A DNA stretch of 64,000 bases from Candidatus Woesearchaeota archaeon (GCA_016928155.1 JAFGLG010000017.1:4134-68133); one strand, 5' to 3'. Shown: positions 1-10,728, counted from the stretch's first letter. Notes: generated by a model from the sequence alone, not told the origin. A program made the numbers and translations.

Positions 1-109
1 GCAGGTCAGGTCTGTGTTGAAAGAGGAGCTTATGAGTGAGAGTGTTGGATAGCTCTAGGATCTGTTTATTTGATTGTCTGTCGTCCAGATAGGAAGTTTC
101 TGCAGTGCT

Positions 110-385
110 TTATTTGTTTAGCAGGGCCCTTATCGCGTCTATATGGTCAGCGACTTCCTGTCCCTTCTTGGTGAGGGTGAGGAGCTTCAGACGTCCCTGC
201 TTGTCAAAATTGATGAGCTGGGCCTTCTCCATCTCCTGGAGCATCTTGACGACGTGAGAATAAGTGCAGTCTATCTGCTTTGCCAGTGAAGAGGCATAGA
301 TCTCATTCTTGGCATTCCTGAGGCCGACTAGCATCATTGCAGGCTTTTCGCGGAAAAAGACATTGAAAATCTCGCTGTTGTTCAT
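110..385 (-). CDS. Small winged-helix DNA-binding protein
   Basis: 91 aa with wHTH-like ASSLAKQIDCTYSHVVKMLQEMEK...LTKKG pattern; AT-rich TATA-containing region upstream. Confidence 0.75.
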   Translation of the reverse strand: MNNSEIFNVFFREKPAMMLVGLRNAKNEIYASSLAKQIDCTYSHVVKMLQEMEKAQLINFDKQGRLKLLTLTKKGQEVADHIDAIRALLNK

Positions 386-646
386 CTTTATACCCCCGAT
401 TGTGTGTTGCTTCTCGACCCCTTTTTTCCTGTTTTATGCTAAGACAAAACAAGGATAAAACCAGTATTTATATAGTTTATTATATATATTACTAAAGTAG
501 GGAAAAGAAGGATATTTTAAATATTTATATTTTTTAGTATATAATCCGGGAAATAATTTTCATACGTCTTTATGCTGCTGATCGTGTGTGGGTAAAGGGC
601 AAATCTTATAATAGGGGTGTCCTAATTGCAGATTTAGGGGGTTTTA

Positions 647-2545
647 ATGGCTGATGCATCAGTTGATAAGGGCAATGGGAGCATGAGGGATATCTTCTTT
701 CCATATGAGAAAGTTAGGGATATCCAGAACAGGATGATTGAGCTTGTTGAGCAATCCTTGAAATCAGGGAGCAACATTGTCGTGCATGCCCCTACAGGTC
801 TTGGCAAGACAGTGGCCACCCTTGGTCCTGCTCTCTCATACAGTCTGAAGCATAAGAAGACTGTCTTCTTTCTCACTTCAAGGCACACCCAGCACAGGAT
901 TGCGATAGATACGCTGAAAGAGATCAAGGAGAGGTTCGGAGAGGAATTCTTTGTCACAGATATCATCGGCAAGAAATGGATGTGTCTCCAGCCGGGCATC
1001 TCTCTTCTGAACTCCCATGAGTTCAGGGAGTACTGCAGGCATCTCAGGGAAGAGGGGACATGCGAATTCTATGAGAACACGAAGAAAGGCTCTAGACCGA
1101 CAAAAGAGGCTTCGCTTGCCATCTCTGAGATTGACAGCAGGGGACCTATGCATACTGATCAGCTGATAAGCCTGTGCCGGGACCATAAGCTCTGCCCTTA
1201 TGAGGTGGCTGCGCTGATCGCTGCAAGGTCGAGCGTGATAATCGCTGATTATTATTATGTCTTCAATCCGAAGATAAGGGAATCATTCTTCATCAGGTCT
1301 GGAAAGACCCTGCATGATTCCATAATCATCGTCGACGAGGGCCATAATCTTCCTGGGCGCATGAGGGCATTGATGAGCGAGAAGATATCCAATTTCAGCA
1401 TCAGGAAGGCCCTGTATGAGGCGAAGAAGATGCAGTATTCAGAGACGATCGACCTGCTGACATCTATCCAGAATGTGGTTAACGATCTCTCGTCTGATCT
1501 TAACCTAAGCAGGAGGGAGAAGATCATTGATAAGCAGGATTTCATAGACAGGATCGCTGCCATCAAGGATTATGATGAGATTGTTGCGGACCTCAGTTCT
1601 GTCGCTGAATCAGTCAGGGAGATGAACAAATCCTCTTCGATTGGTGCGATAGCGTCTTTCCTCGAGAAATGGCCTGGCCCTGATGATGGTTTTGTCAGGA
1701 TAATCTCATATCGTGAGCTGAGAAAAGAGCCGTTTGTCCAGCTCTCTTACCGCTGCCTTGACCCGAGCATGCTCACAAAAGAGGTGGTGGAGAATTCGCA
1801 TTCCTCTATCCTGATGTCAGGCACGCTTAACCCGACAGACATGTATGCCGATCTGCTGGGATTTCCTGAGAACACAGCGATAATCTCTTTCAGGTCACCG
1901 TTCCCTGAAGAGAACAAGCTCACCGTGATAGTCAATGAGACGACAACGAAGTTTGACAGGAGGAATGACAGGGAATTCAGGAGGATTGCGGAGATTGTGT
2001 CGGAGATCATCAGCCTGGTCCCGGGTAACATAGTGGTCTTTTTCCCGAGCTATTCTCTGAGGGATAGGATCTATTCTTTGATGGATATCAGCAAGACTGT
2101 CTTTCTCGAAAAGCCTGAGATGACAAAGGACGAGAAGTTCGGGATGCTCGACAATTTCAAGAGCTATAATGATTCCGGCGCTGTCCTGCTCGCTGTGTCA
2201 GGTGGGAATTTCTATGAAGGCATTGATCTCCCTGGTGATCTCCTCAAGGCTGTCGTTGTCGTTGGCCTGCCGCTCCAGCAGCCGGACCTTGAGATCAAGT
2301 CGCTGATCGATTATTATGATGCCAAGTTCGGCAAGGGCTGGGACTATGGTTATATCGCTCCAGCCTTCTCCAAATGCCTGCAGGCTGCTGGCAGGTGCAT
2401 CAGGTCTGAGACAGATCGCGGTCTCGTGATTTTTCTTGACGAGCGTTTTGCATGGAAGAACTATTACAGGCATTTCCCAGCTGACACCAAGATGACTGTG
2501 ACAAGGGATTACAGAAAGCTCATCTCTGATTTCTTCAGTGAATGA
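647..2545 (+). CDS. xpd: XPD/Rad3/DinG-family Fe-S DNA helicase
   Basis: Walker A APTGLGKT, four Fe-S cysteines, DEGH motif II, SGT motif III, QAAGRCIR motif VI. Confidence 0.9.
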   Translation: MADASVDKGNGSMRDIFFPYEKVRDIQNRMIELVEQSLKSGSNIVVHAPTGLGKTVATLGPALSYSLKHKKTVFFLTSRHTQHRIAIDTLKEIKERFGEEFFVTDIIGKKWMCLQPGISLLNSHEFREYCRHLREEGTCEFYENTKKGSRPTKEASLAISEIDSRGPMHTDQLISLCRDHKLCPYEVAALIAARSSVIIADYYYVFNPKIRESFFIRSGKTLHDSIIIVDEGHNLPGRMRALMSEKISNFSIRKALYEAKKMQYSETIDLLTSIQNVVNDLSSDLNLSRREKIIDKQDFIDRIAAIKDYDEIVADLSSVAESVREMNKSSSIGAIASFLEKWPGPDDGFVRIISYRELRKEPFVQLSYRCLDPSMLTKEVVENSHSSILMSGTLNPTDMYADLLGFPENTAIISFRSPFPEENKLTVIVNETTTKFDRRNDREFRRIAEIVSEIISLVPGNIVVFFPSYSLRDRIYSLMDISKTVFLEKPEMTKDEKFGMLDNFKSYNDSGAVLLAVSGGNFYEGIDLPGDLLKAVVVVGLPLQQPDLEIKSLIDYYDAKFGKGWDYGYIAPAFSKCLQAAGRCIRSETDRGLVIFLDERFAWKNYYRHFPADTKMTVTRDYRKLISDFFSE

Positions 2546-2629
2546 AAGAATTTGCATTAACTTTGCATTTATGAACCTCTCTTTTCCAGCGCAATAATAT
2601 ATTTAATGGGAGCGTAATCCCCCCGGTTT

Positions 2630-3562
2630 ATGAAGGCCATTGTTCTTGCGGGGCAGGATGATTGCAGGCAGAGGGATGTTGAGATATATAATGCGATAAA
2701 CAGGAAGGATTTCCTCTGGAATACTTATAAGCCTCTGATCAATGTGGGTGATGGGGATTCTTATGTCCCTCTCATCGGCAGGGTTTTGGCTGCGCTTGAT
2801 CAGAGCACGAGTGTTGATCATATCATCGTCGCAGGCCTGCCTGGCCTTGAGAACATCATTGATGTTTGTCAATGCCGTACTCCGGTGACATTTGTGCCGG
2901 TCAGGAAAGGGAACAGTCCTGTGCATAATTTTTTTTCTGCTTATGGGCAGGCTGGTGCTTCAGGTCATGCTCTCGTGATGGCATGCGATCTCCCCCTGAT
3001 CCACGAGACTGGAAGGGAAGGCAGGACAGCTGTAGATAGGTTCGTTGACAGATGTATCAGCTATGGTCTGGAACATGATCTATACATGGGTATTGTCTGC
3101 CAGGACCAGGTTGGTCGTCTTGGACTGGACAGGAGATACTTTCGTCTGGTGCCTGATCATGATCCGGGCATCGGGAGGGATCAGGATTATTCCATTGGCA
3201 GGAGATATGGTTTCCGTGATGCGAGCATATTCTTGGCTGACGGATCATTGGATTCTCCATTGTTACGGAAAAATTTTGGGAAAGCAGCTTCTCTGAGGAC
3301 TTACCCCGGACCATGGTTTGCAGCGGCATATTTTTTTATGAGGAATGTGCTTGATATAACAAATCTGATTGTGAAGTATAAATTAGGTAGCCTGGGTGTT
3401 GATGAGCTTGAACACAGAGCTCCGAAGATATTTGGTGCAAGCCTCAAATTCATCGAGATAAGGGGTGGGGATGCAGCTGCATTTGCGCTGGATATAGATA
3501 TCAAAGATGATCTTCAGAAGCTTAGGGAGATTGCAGAATCTGTGCATTTAAAGCATGATTGA
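2630..3562 (+). CDS. NTP-transferase (MobA/IspD-like) domain protein
   Basis: N-terminal MKAIVLAG, KPL, ACDLPLI and C-terminal DID..DL motifs. Confidence 0.65.
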   Translation: MKAIVLAGQDDCRQRDVEIYNAINRKDFLWNTYKPLINVGDGDSYVPLIGRVLAALDQSTSVDHIIVAGLPGLENIIDVCQCRTPVTFVPVRKGNSPVHNFFSAYGQAGASGHALVMACDLPLIHETGREGRTAVDRFVDRCISYGLEHDLYMGIVCQDQVGRLGLDRRYFRLVPDHDPGIGRDQDYSIGRRYGFRDASIFLADGSLDSPLLRKNFGKAASLRTYPGPWFAAAYFFMRNVLDITNLIVKYKLGSLGVDELEHRAPKIFGASLKFIEIRGGDAAAFALDIDIKDDLQKLREIAESVHLKHD

Positions 3563-3711
3563 TTTTAGTTAGCAGATTGTCTGATTCTGTCTGATTTTTA
3601 TTATTTTCATACATGATTCATAAAAAAATATATTTTTTCTTATACATTTCCCCCTAACTAGTATACAGAATAGTAACATTTATATATCAGTCGTATTTTA
3701 TAGCTATTAAG

Positions 3712-4107
3712 ATGGTAATATTATTTGACCAATATCACTTGCCGAATGATATTTACGAAATCATTTTTGCGACCGAGCAGCAGGTCATAGTTGCAAAGCT
3801 GCTCATAAATGCCATGAAGGCAAATGACGGAGTGATGGGAAAGACAGAGATGTCGATGTTTGCCACCAAGCTGCATGAGGGCAACCTGCTGGAAGAGCCG
3901 GAAGGCCCCCTGAAATCAAAAGCGAAGAAGATCTCTTACAACAAGAGGCAGTTTTATGACAGGATACTCACTCCGATGAAATCAATGGGCCTTATCGATT
4001 ATGACATGTACAAGAAGGTCTACAAGGTTTCGACAAGATTCAACAAGGTGCTGATCAAGATTGGATTGATGTGGATTCAAGAGGTGAACAGAAAGTCACT
4101 GATATGA
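3712..4107 (+). CDS. Hypothetical protein, possible wHTH
   Basis: Clean 131-aa ORF with TATA-like box (tttatata) about 25-30 nt upstream. Confidence 0.7.
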   Translation: MVILFDQYHLPNDIYEIIFATEQQVIVAKLLINAMKANDGVMGKTEMSMFATKLHEGNLLEEPEGPLKSKAKKISYNKRQFYDRILTPMKSMGLIDYDMYKKVYKVSTRFNKVLIKIGLMWIQEVNRKSLI

Positions 4108-4124
4108 CACATGACACTCAGCAA

Positions 4125-4201
4125 GGCTCCCTATGCTGTGTTCTACTCAATCACTCCCCACCCCTAAAAACCCTTTATAGGGAGCCGCTTTCTTTTTTTT
4201 T
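4125..4201 (+). terminator. Stem (GGCTCCCTAT/ATAGGGAGCC) followed by a T-tract
   Basis: 10-bp inverted repeat with a large loop and poly-T downstream of 3712..4107. Confidence 0.5.
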
Positions 4202-4290
4202 CACTGTCCATGACGACAGTGATGACAGTGACTGATATCATCTCCACATCCCCAAAAATAATTTAAATCAACCTGTGCAATGCGGATAAT

Positions 4291-5343
4291 ATGGCTTCAG
4301 AACCCGTCCCCCAGTTGTATGATATCGCCTGTGAGCTTGACAGCAGGATACAAAGCTATGAAGTTTTCAGGAATGACCTCTTGGCAGCCCACCAGCAGAT
4401 GGTCGCGATGCAGGCAAAGGTCGAGCAGAGCCTGACTGATATCCTGAAATTCGGGCAGAGCACTGTCGGGATAGAGCCTCCGGCAAGGAGGGATATGATC
4501 AACAATGTCTTGTTTGCCGTCGACACACAGATGAGGACAGAGTATGCCATCCCTGCGCTTGAGATCCCGTCAGCAGAAGAATATATCGGCAGCAGGAAAA
4601 GATGTCTTGGCCTTACTGAAGAATATTCTGCGAGGTCTGAGTCTCTCAAGAGATCGGTCGAGAGGCTGGACAGGCAGAAGGAGAGGATGGTGATTTCACT
4701 CATGAAGGAAAGGGATATCTGCTGGAGGACTGGCTTGTATAATCCTCGTCTTGCAGAACCGCTGGTCGCACAGGAGATCAGGAATGTTTATGCCTGCCAA
4801 GATGGCGGGCGGCCCGCTCTGTCTTCGCTCATTTTCATTGACTTCGACAAGTTCGGCAGGTTCAACAAGCTGTATGGCAGCATCGCCACAAATGAGGTGC
4901 TGGCTCTGATTGGACACACCCTCCTTTCTAATCTCGGTCCTGATGACAAGGGTATCAGGTATGGCGGAGACGAATTATTGGTGCTCCTCCCTGGCAGGAG
5001 AGGGGACAGCGAATACTCTGAAGCCATGGAACAGGCTCTCGCTATCCAATCAGCGATATACAACCTGAATCTTGAAGACATCGATCCGGGCATGCATTTC
5101 GAGAAGCTCACTTTCAGTGCTGGCATTGTGCAGTTCAGGCCAAGGGATTCGCAAAGGGATTTTATGGCAGAGGCAAGAGAATGGATCTCAGAGGCGGATC
5201 AGATCTCCAGGCAGGCAAAAAAGGATGGGGGAAACTTGATTCTTGCCTGTGGTCGGGTAGAGGAACCCGAGAATCTGGAGCATGCGGTGCAGCATCATCC
5301 ATTGACCGGTCCTGCTGTCCTCCAAAACATTTTTATTAGGTGA
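4291..5343 (+). CDS. GGDEF-domain (diguanylate cyclase-like) protein with coiled-coil N-terminus
   Basis: TGLYN, FIDFDKFGRFNKLYG, RYGGDEL, TFSAG and ADQ...AKKDGGN motifs. Confidence 0.85.
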   Translation: MASEPVPQLYDIACELDSRIQSYEVFRNDLLAAHQQMVAMQAKVEQSLTDILKFGQSTVGIEPPARRDMINNVLFAVDTQMRTEYAIPALEIPSAEEYIGSRKRCLGLTEEYSARSESLKRSVERLDRQKERMVISLMKERDICWRTGLYNPRLAEPLVAQEIRNVYACQDGGRPALSSLIFIDFDKFGRFNKLYGSIATNEVLALIGHTLLSNLGPDDKGIRYGGDELLVLLPGRRGDSEYSEAMEQALAIQSAIYNLNLEDIDPGMHFEKLTFSAGIVQFRPRDSQRDFMAEAREWISEADQISRQAKKDGGNLILACGRVEEPENLEHAVQHHPLTGPAVLQNIFIR

Positions 5344-5359
5344 AGATTGTTTATTTCTG

Positions 5360-5941
5360 ATGAAAGATATTATAACAGAAGAGTTTGCCCTGAAGCTTCT
5401 TAAGAGATATTCAAAGTCTGGTACAAAAGGATCTTACAGGATTGTCTCATCTGATGCAAAGAGACTGAGCAAGCTTGCCGTCGCTTATGCGAAGAAAGCA
5501 GTCAAGAATGGTCATGATATTGACATTGGATTTGTGGCATCAGCTTCACTTCTGCATGATATTGGAAGATTTAGATATCCCCCATTTGCCAAGGACAATA
5601 TCAGGCATGGCATCGAAGGTGCAAGGATCCTCAAGAAAGAAGGGCTTTCAAGGAGATACCAGGATGTCTGCCTGAATCATATTGGTGCTGGTTTACGGAG
5701 GTCTGATATTATCAGGCAGAATCTCCCCCTCCCGAAGAAGGATTTCATGCCGAAGACCAAGGAGGAGATCATCATTTCCTATGCAGACTTGAGATTTCAT
5801 GAGGGTAGAGTTGTGGGTATTGTTAGGGAATCCAGGAGATATGAGTCATTCCAGAAAGGCCTCGGGAAGCGTGTTCTTCAGTTCCACAACCGTGTCATGA
5901 AGCTCATCGGAGCGGATAATAAGGTAAGGAATATAAGATAA
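5360..5941 (+). CDS. HD-domain (HDIG) phosphohydrolase-like protein
   Basis: LLHDIGR, HGIEGA..L, NHIGAG and YAD motifs. Confidence 0.8.
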   Translation: MKDIITEEFALKLLKRYSKSGTKGSYRIVSSDAKRLSKLAVAYAKKAVKNGHDIDIGFVASASLLHDIGRFRYPPFAKDNIRHGIEGARILKKEGLSRRYQDVCLNHIGAGLRRSDIIRQNLPLPKKDFMPKTKEEIIISYADLRFHEGRVVGIVRESRRYESFQKGLGKRVLQFHNRVMKLIGADNKVRNIR

Positions 5942-6076
5942 TAAGGTAAAAGATATAAACAAGTTCTGATTCTGATGCCCTGTCGATGATGAGGTTATCC
6001 CCGGCTGATCGCATGATGAATTCGAAACGCTCTGAGACAATATATTCAGGATCTGCTTGCTGAGCATCTGCACAAA

Positions 6077-6415
6077 ATGAGACTTATCAAGACAAAGGAT
6101 GGTTACAGGATCCCAAGCTCTTCCCAGAAGAACCAGTTCTATGAAGTTGATCCTAAGAAGAAGAGCTGTACTTGTGCCCAATATCTCTTCCGCGCAAGAA
6201 AAGTGGGAGGCACCTGCAAGCATATCGATGCAGTCCTTGAGCATCTCGGCAGTATGAAGAAGAATGAGAAAGAGGAACTTCTGGAAGTTGTAAAAAAACT
6301 GGGACCGATTGACTTTGTCAAGCTCGCGGAATCTTACAGCGAAGACCTCATCAATCAATTGATAGACAGCGGTGACCTGATTGAGGAAAAAGGCAGGATC
6401 AGGTTATTAAAATAG
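6077..6415 (+). CDS. SWIM zinc-finger protein with C-terminal wHTH-like segment
   Basis: CTC...CKH (CxC-xn-CxH) motif. Confidence 0.8.
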   Translation: MRLIKTKDGYRIPSSSQKNQFYEVDPKKKSCTCAQYLFRARKVGGTCKHIDAVLEHLGSMKKNEKEELLEVVKKLGPIDFVKLAESYSEDLINQLIDSGDLIEEKGRIRLLK

Positions 6416-6455
6416 CACCATAACATATTTAAAGCTTCACCTGCTTCTCAAAATC

Positions 6456-8984
6456 ATGATCCCTGACAAGCAGATCAAGGCAGATTTCAGGAAAACAGCA
6501 TGGGATGACCCTGATAAGTACTATGCGACTTCAGTCCTGAAAGAAGAAGGCTTCATCAGGAAGATCTGCACAAAGTGCTCCAAGCCTTTCTGGGCAATAA
6601 AGGACAGCAAGGTATGCGGTGATCCGGCATGCTCTGGTGGATTCAGGTTCTTTGAGGGTTCTCCTGCCAAGAACAGGATGGATTATATCGAAGCTTGGCA
6701 GAGGTTTGCAGAGCTCTTCCGCAAATTTGGATACACACCGATTAAGCGTTATCCTGTTGTCGCCAGGTGGCGTGATGATACTGATTTCGTGCAGGCATCC
6801 ATCTATGACTTCCAGCCTTATGTGGTGAATGGGACAATAGATCCGCCAGCTAACCCGTTGGTAGTCCCGCAGTTCTGCTTGAGGTTCAATGATATTGATA
6901 ATGTCGGCATCACAGGCGCGCATTACACTGGCTTTGTGATGATCGGCCAGCATGCCTTCATGCCTCCCGAGAATTGGAATCAGGACCAGTATTTCCGCGA
7001 TATCCACACCTGGCTTAAGGAAGGATTAGGCCTCCCGAACGAGGAGATAATCTTCCATGAGGATGCTTGGGCAGGCGGCGGAAACTTCGGCCCTTGCATG
7101 GAATTTTTCTCGAGAGGTTTAGAGCTTGGCAATCAGGTCTATATGATGTACCAGCAGACTCCTGGAGGCAACAAGGAGCTGAATCTTAAGGTGCTGGATA
7201 TGGGTATGGGCCATGAGCGAAACGCTTGGTTCACCAAAGCAACAAGCACAAGCTATGAGACAACATTTCCCACAGTCACAAAATTCCTGCATAAGGAGAC
7301 TGGAATCAAGATTGATGATAGTATCATGAAGAAATTCCTGCCATATGCCTCTTACCTCAATGTTGATGAAGTGGAGAACATCGACAAGGCTTGGGATGAA
7401 GTTTCAAAAAAGACATGTATAAGCAAGAGCAGTCTGAAGCAGAGCATCATCCCTCTTTCTCAATTATACAGTGTTGCAGAGCATTCACGCTCGTTGTTAT
7501 TCGCAATCTCCGACGGAGCTCTTCCCAGCAATGTGGGTGGAGGATATAATCTCAGGGTCATATTGAGGCGTGCATTGCAGTTCATCGAAAAGAACCGCTG
7601 GAACATCAGGCTTCCTGAGCTTTGCAGGCTGCATGCCTCTTATCTCAGGCCAATATTTCCGGAACTCAGTGAGAACCTTGATGATGTCGAGCAGATCCTT
7701 GATGTCGAAGAGAAGAAATTCTATCAGACTCTTGAGAAATCAAGGAGGATTGTCAAGGGGATATTTGAGAGAGAGCAGGATATTGATACAAAGAAGCTGA
7801 TCGAGCTTTATGATAGTCATGGCATAACCCCTGACCTGATAAGCGATGAGGCTGAATCCCATGGTAAGGATATTGAGGTCCCTGATCGTTTTTATGCACT
7901 GGTTGCAGAACAGCATGAGCAGACATCCCAGGCTAAAGAGAAGGAGAAGGTCTATGATCTGCATGGTGTGCCGGATACAAAGGCATTATACTTTGATGAT
8001 TTCAAGATATGCGAGCTGACAAGCAGGGTCATCAAGGTCATCGACAATATTGTCATCCTGGATCAGACCATTTTCTATCCAACTTCTGGCGGCCAGGATC
8101 ATGATATCGGCACCATGGATGATATCAAGGTCATTGACGTAAAGAAGCAGGGCCCGCACATTTTGCATTTCCTCGAGAATCCTTCATTCAAGGAAGGCGA
8201 TAAGATTCATTCAAAGATTGATTTCTCCAGAAGATTGCAGCTCACCCAGCATCATTCTGCTACTCATCTGATAAATGGCGCTGCAAGGAAGATTCTTGGG
8301 AGCCATATCTGGCAGGCAGGTGCTGAGAAGCGTCTTGATAAGGCAAGACTTGACATAACGCATTATGAGCAGATATCAAAAGAGGATTTGCAGAAGATTG
8401 AGGAACTTGCTAATGAGATGATAGCGGCTAATAAGCCTGTCTACAAATCTTTCATGAAGAGGAACTTGGCTGAATCAAAGTATGGCTTCAGGCTTTATCA
8501 GGGTGGTGCTGTTCCTGGCAAGGAGATCCGTGTTGTTGATTATTCTAATTTTGACATTGAAGCATGCGGCGGCACCCATGTGGATCTCACTGGTGAGATT
8601 CAGCAGATAAAGATCCTGAGATCCACTAAGATCCAGGATGGCATTGTGAGGATTGAGTTCACTGCAGGTGATGCTGCTCTTGATACATTGAGCGAATCCA
8701 AGGCATTGGTCGAGCAGCTGACTGGAATCCTTGGTGTTGACGAGGATCTTCTGGCTTCACATGGCCAGGAGCTTTTTGAGAAGTGGAAGCGTGCCAAGAA
8801 GATAATCAAGAAAGGAAGTCCTGATCCTGAGTTCAATCCAGAGCTTGTCTCACAAGAGAAGATTGAAGGCGACCCTGTGCAGAATCTGAGCGGGATCTAC
8901 AAGACCCAGCCAGAGCATATTGTCAAGACTATCGAGCGCTTCAGGAAAGAATTGGCAGATATGGCTGATAAGCTGCCGAAATAA
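6456..8984 (+). CDS. alaS: Alanine--tRNA ligase (archaeal type)
   Basis: ASIYDFQP, WAGGGNFGP, DMGMGHER; editing domain HSATH and CGGTH. Confidence 0.97.
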   Translation: MIPDKQIKADFRKTAWDDPDKYYATSVLKEEGFIRKICTKCSKPFWAIKDSKVCGDPACSGGFRFFEGSPAKNRMDYIEAWQRFAELFRKFGYTPIKRYPVVARWRDDTDFVQASIYDFQPYVVNGTIDPPANPLVVPQFCLRFNDIDNVGITGAHYTGFVMIGQHAFMPPENWNQDQYFRDIHTWLKEGLGLPNEEIIFHEDAWAGGGNFGPCMEFFSRGLELGNQVYMMYQQTPGGNKELNLKVLDMGMGHERNAWFTKATSTSYETTFPTVTKFLHKETGIKIDDSIMKKFLPYASYLNVDEVENIDKAWDEVSKKTCISKSSLKQSIIPLSQLYSVAEHSRSLLFAISDGALPSNVGGGYNLRVILRRALQFIEKNRWNIRLPELCRLHASYLRPIFPELSENLDDVEQILDVEEKKFYQTLEKSRRIVKGIFEREQDIDTKKLIELYDSHGITPDLISDEAESHGKDIEVPDRFYALVAEQHEQTSQAKEKEKVYDLHGVPDTKALYFDDFKICELTSRVIKVIDNIVILDQTIFYPTSGGQDHDIGTMDDIKVIDVKKQGPHILHFLENPSFKEGDKIHSKIDFSRRLQLTQHHSATHLINGAARKILGSHIWQAGAEKRLDKARLDITHYEQISKEDLQKIEELANEMIAANKPVYKSFMKRNLAESKYGFRLYQGGAVPGKEIRVVDYSNFDIEACGGTHVDLTGEIQQIKILRSTKIQDGIVRIEFTAGDAALDTLSESKALVEQLTGILGVDEDLLASHGQELFEKWKRAKKIIKKGSPDPEFNPELVSQEKIEGDPVQNLSGIYKTQPEHIVKTIERFRKELADMADKLPK

Positions 8985-9046
8985 TCCTATCCTGATTAGT
9001 GCCATTCTGCTGGTTGAGAGGATAAGGTTGGCGGATCGGGTATATG

Positions 9047-10267
9047 CTAGAATTGGCTGAGACGTTTCTGCGTCTTCAACTCCTTCAACAGCAGACTTTT
9101 CCTGAATATCCCATCCAGATCGATGCCAAATTTCTTCTGCGCAAATATCTTTGCATAATGCAGCATCAGGTCCTTGTCGCCGAATTCCAGCGGTTTTGCC
9201 TTCAGCGCCTTGCGCGTCGCTTCTCTCACCACCCAAACGCCGAGCGGCGCATAATACTCATCTGTTATGAACCTGAGGCATAGCACAGAGCTCTGGAACT
9301 TCTTGCATCTCATCAGGTCTGCAATACCCAAGCGTGCTGCATAATATCCGCCGACACAATTCTGCGCATAATCCTTCCTTCCCCCAAAGAATTCGTGGTC
9401 TGTTGAGTATTTCAGCTCTTTTTCCTTGCCTGACCCGGCATATATCTCGAACAGCTCATAGCTCCACACTCCCGGGATGAAAAGGATCAGATAATAATTT
9501 CCCAGATAGCCCCCGAAGTAAGCATAATTGCCGTCTTCTGAGAAGTTCTTGACCTCTTCGACCCTGAACTTGGACACCATGTCATCTGTTGCTGTTATGC
9601 TCCATCTTGTCGGCACAAGTTTTCTGTCAGCCCCCACCCCAAGTGTCCCCACAGAAAGCAGTTTGATTATCTGGTTCTCATCGATCTGCTTTTCGTAGAG
9701 TATCTTGACTCCCTCGACTGCTCTCAGGTCTGTCTCGCCGACAACCTTCTCGATTTTTGTATTTATCGAAGGGCTGCTTGTAATCTCTGCTCTTTCAATG
9801 TCGCCATAAGCCCCGACTGGCGGTGAGAATGGATCGAGGTTCATGCGGAAGAATGGCCTTTTCTTGAATTCTACCTCCACATCCACTGGCTTTGATGCCA
9901 TCGCCACTTCTTGTGCCATCTCTACTTGCTTGTCGAATCTCTTTGCTATTGTGAATCCGCGCGAGTTTATCACGCTGCTCCTGAAATCCATTATCTTCTC
10001 AATGCGGAAATCCGATTCAGACCAGAACTTGGGGGAATCATACTGCCATGCATCTTGTCTCTGTATCGGATTGAGTATCCCTACTGAAAGCCTTGGATAT
10101 TCCTGCAGTCCTACAAACACCCCTGGGCTGCTTGACTCCATCTCTTTCTTGTCTGAGAATTTCTCAATGAAGCTTTTTGTCCTGTATGCTGTCATCTGCC
10201 TGCTGCATCTCGGGCAATAGTCTGATCCTCTTGTTTCAGATTTGCATTTAAGGCAGAGTCTTGGCAT
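9047..10267 (-). CDS. nreA: Nre-family DNA repair protein
   Basis: N-terminal CxxC..CPxC, RKLVPTRWSITATDD, GGYYAARL, C-terminal PIP box QKRLSQF. Confidence 0.88.
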   Translation of the reverse strand: MPRLCLKCKSETRGSDYCPRCSRQMTAYRTKSFIEKFSDKKEMESSSPGVFVGLQEYPRLSVGILNPIQRQDAWQYDSPKFWSESDFRIEKIMDFRSSVINSRGFTIAKRFDKQVEMAQEVAMASKPVDVEVEFKKRPFFRMNLDPFSPPVGAYGDIERAEITSSPSINTKIEKVVGETDLRAVEGVKILYEKQIDENQIIKLLSVGTLGVGADRKLVPTRWSITATDDMVSKFRVEEVKNFSEDGNYAYFGGYLGNYYLILFIPGVWSYELFEIYAGSGKEKELKYSTDHEFFGGRKDYAQNCVGGYYAARLGIADLMRCKKFQSSVLCLRFITDEYYAPLGVWVVREATRKALKAKPLEFGDKDLMLHYAKIFAQKKFGIDLDGIFRKSLLLKELKTQKRLSQF

Positions 10268-10310
10268 CTTGCATTCATTTATCCCTGTTTTTTTAAAGAT
10301 ATATGAAGTG

Positions 10311-10432
10311 GATGATCATTATAAGAAAAGATGATCATTATAAGAAGATGTGATCGTTGCAAGAGGATATAATTATTGCCAGAAAAGACAATTATTATAA
10401 GGAAAGAATATCTGTATGAGAAGATGATCATT
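10311..10432 (+). repeat. Degenerate ~19-nt tandem repeats (GATGATCATTATAAGAA-like)
   Basis: Two near-exact copies at 10311-10346, decayed copies to about 10432, in a divergent intergenic region. Confidence 0.5.
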
Positions 10433-10522
10433 TTCAATGGATTTTCAGAAGATTGATGTTTTTAGGCTGCAATAAGCTGATATTTCCGTCACATTTAAAA
10501 ATGCTCCACTTATCCCCCTTTT

Positions 10523-10699
10523 ATGCCTAAAAAATGCATCATTTGTCATGAGAAGGCTGATTTCTGCATCAAGGACTCAAGCGATTTCTACTGTGCAGAC
10601 TGTGCCAAAGAGTATTTTGCTGATACCAGTTTGCTTATAACTGTTGAGGAGCAGGCCAAGAGGCTCAAGGAGCTTATTGATGACCCGGATCAGCTTTAA
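10523..10699 (+). CDS. Small zinc-finger protein (58 aa), absent from the supplied ORF track
   Basis: Manual translation MPKKCIICHEKADFCIKDSSDFYCADCAKEYFADTSLLITVEEQAKRLKELIDDPDQL; CxxC...CxxC; TATA-like tttaaaa about 25 nt upstream. Confidence 0.75.
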   Translation: MPKKCIICHEKADFCIKDSSDFYCADCAKEYFADTSLLITVEEQAKRLKELIDDPDQL

Positions 10700-10728
10700 A
10701 AGCAGGGGATTATTCTGTTGAGATCAAG

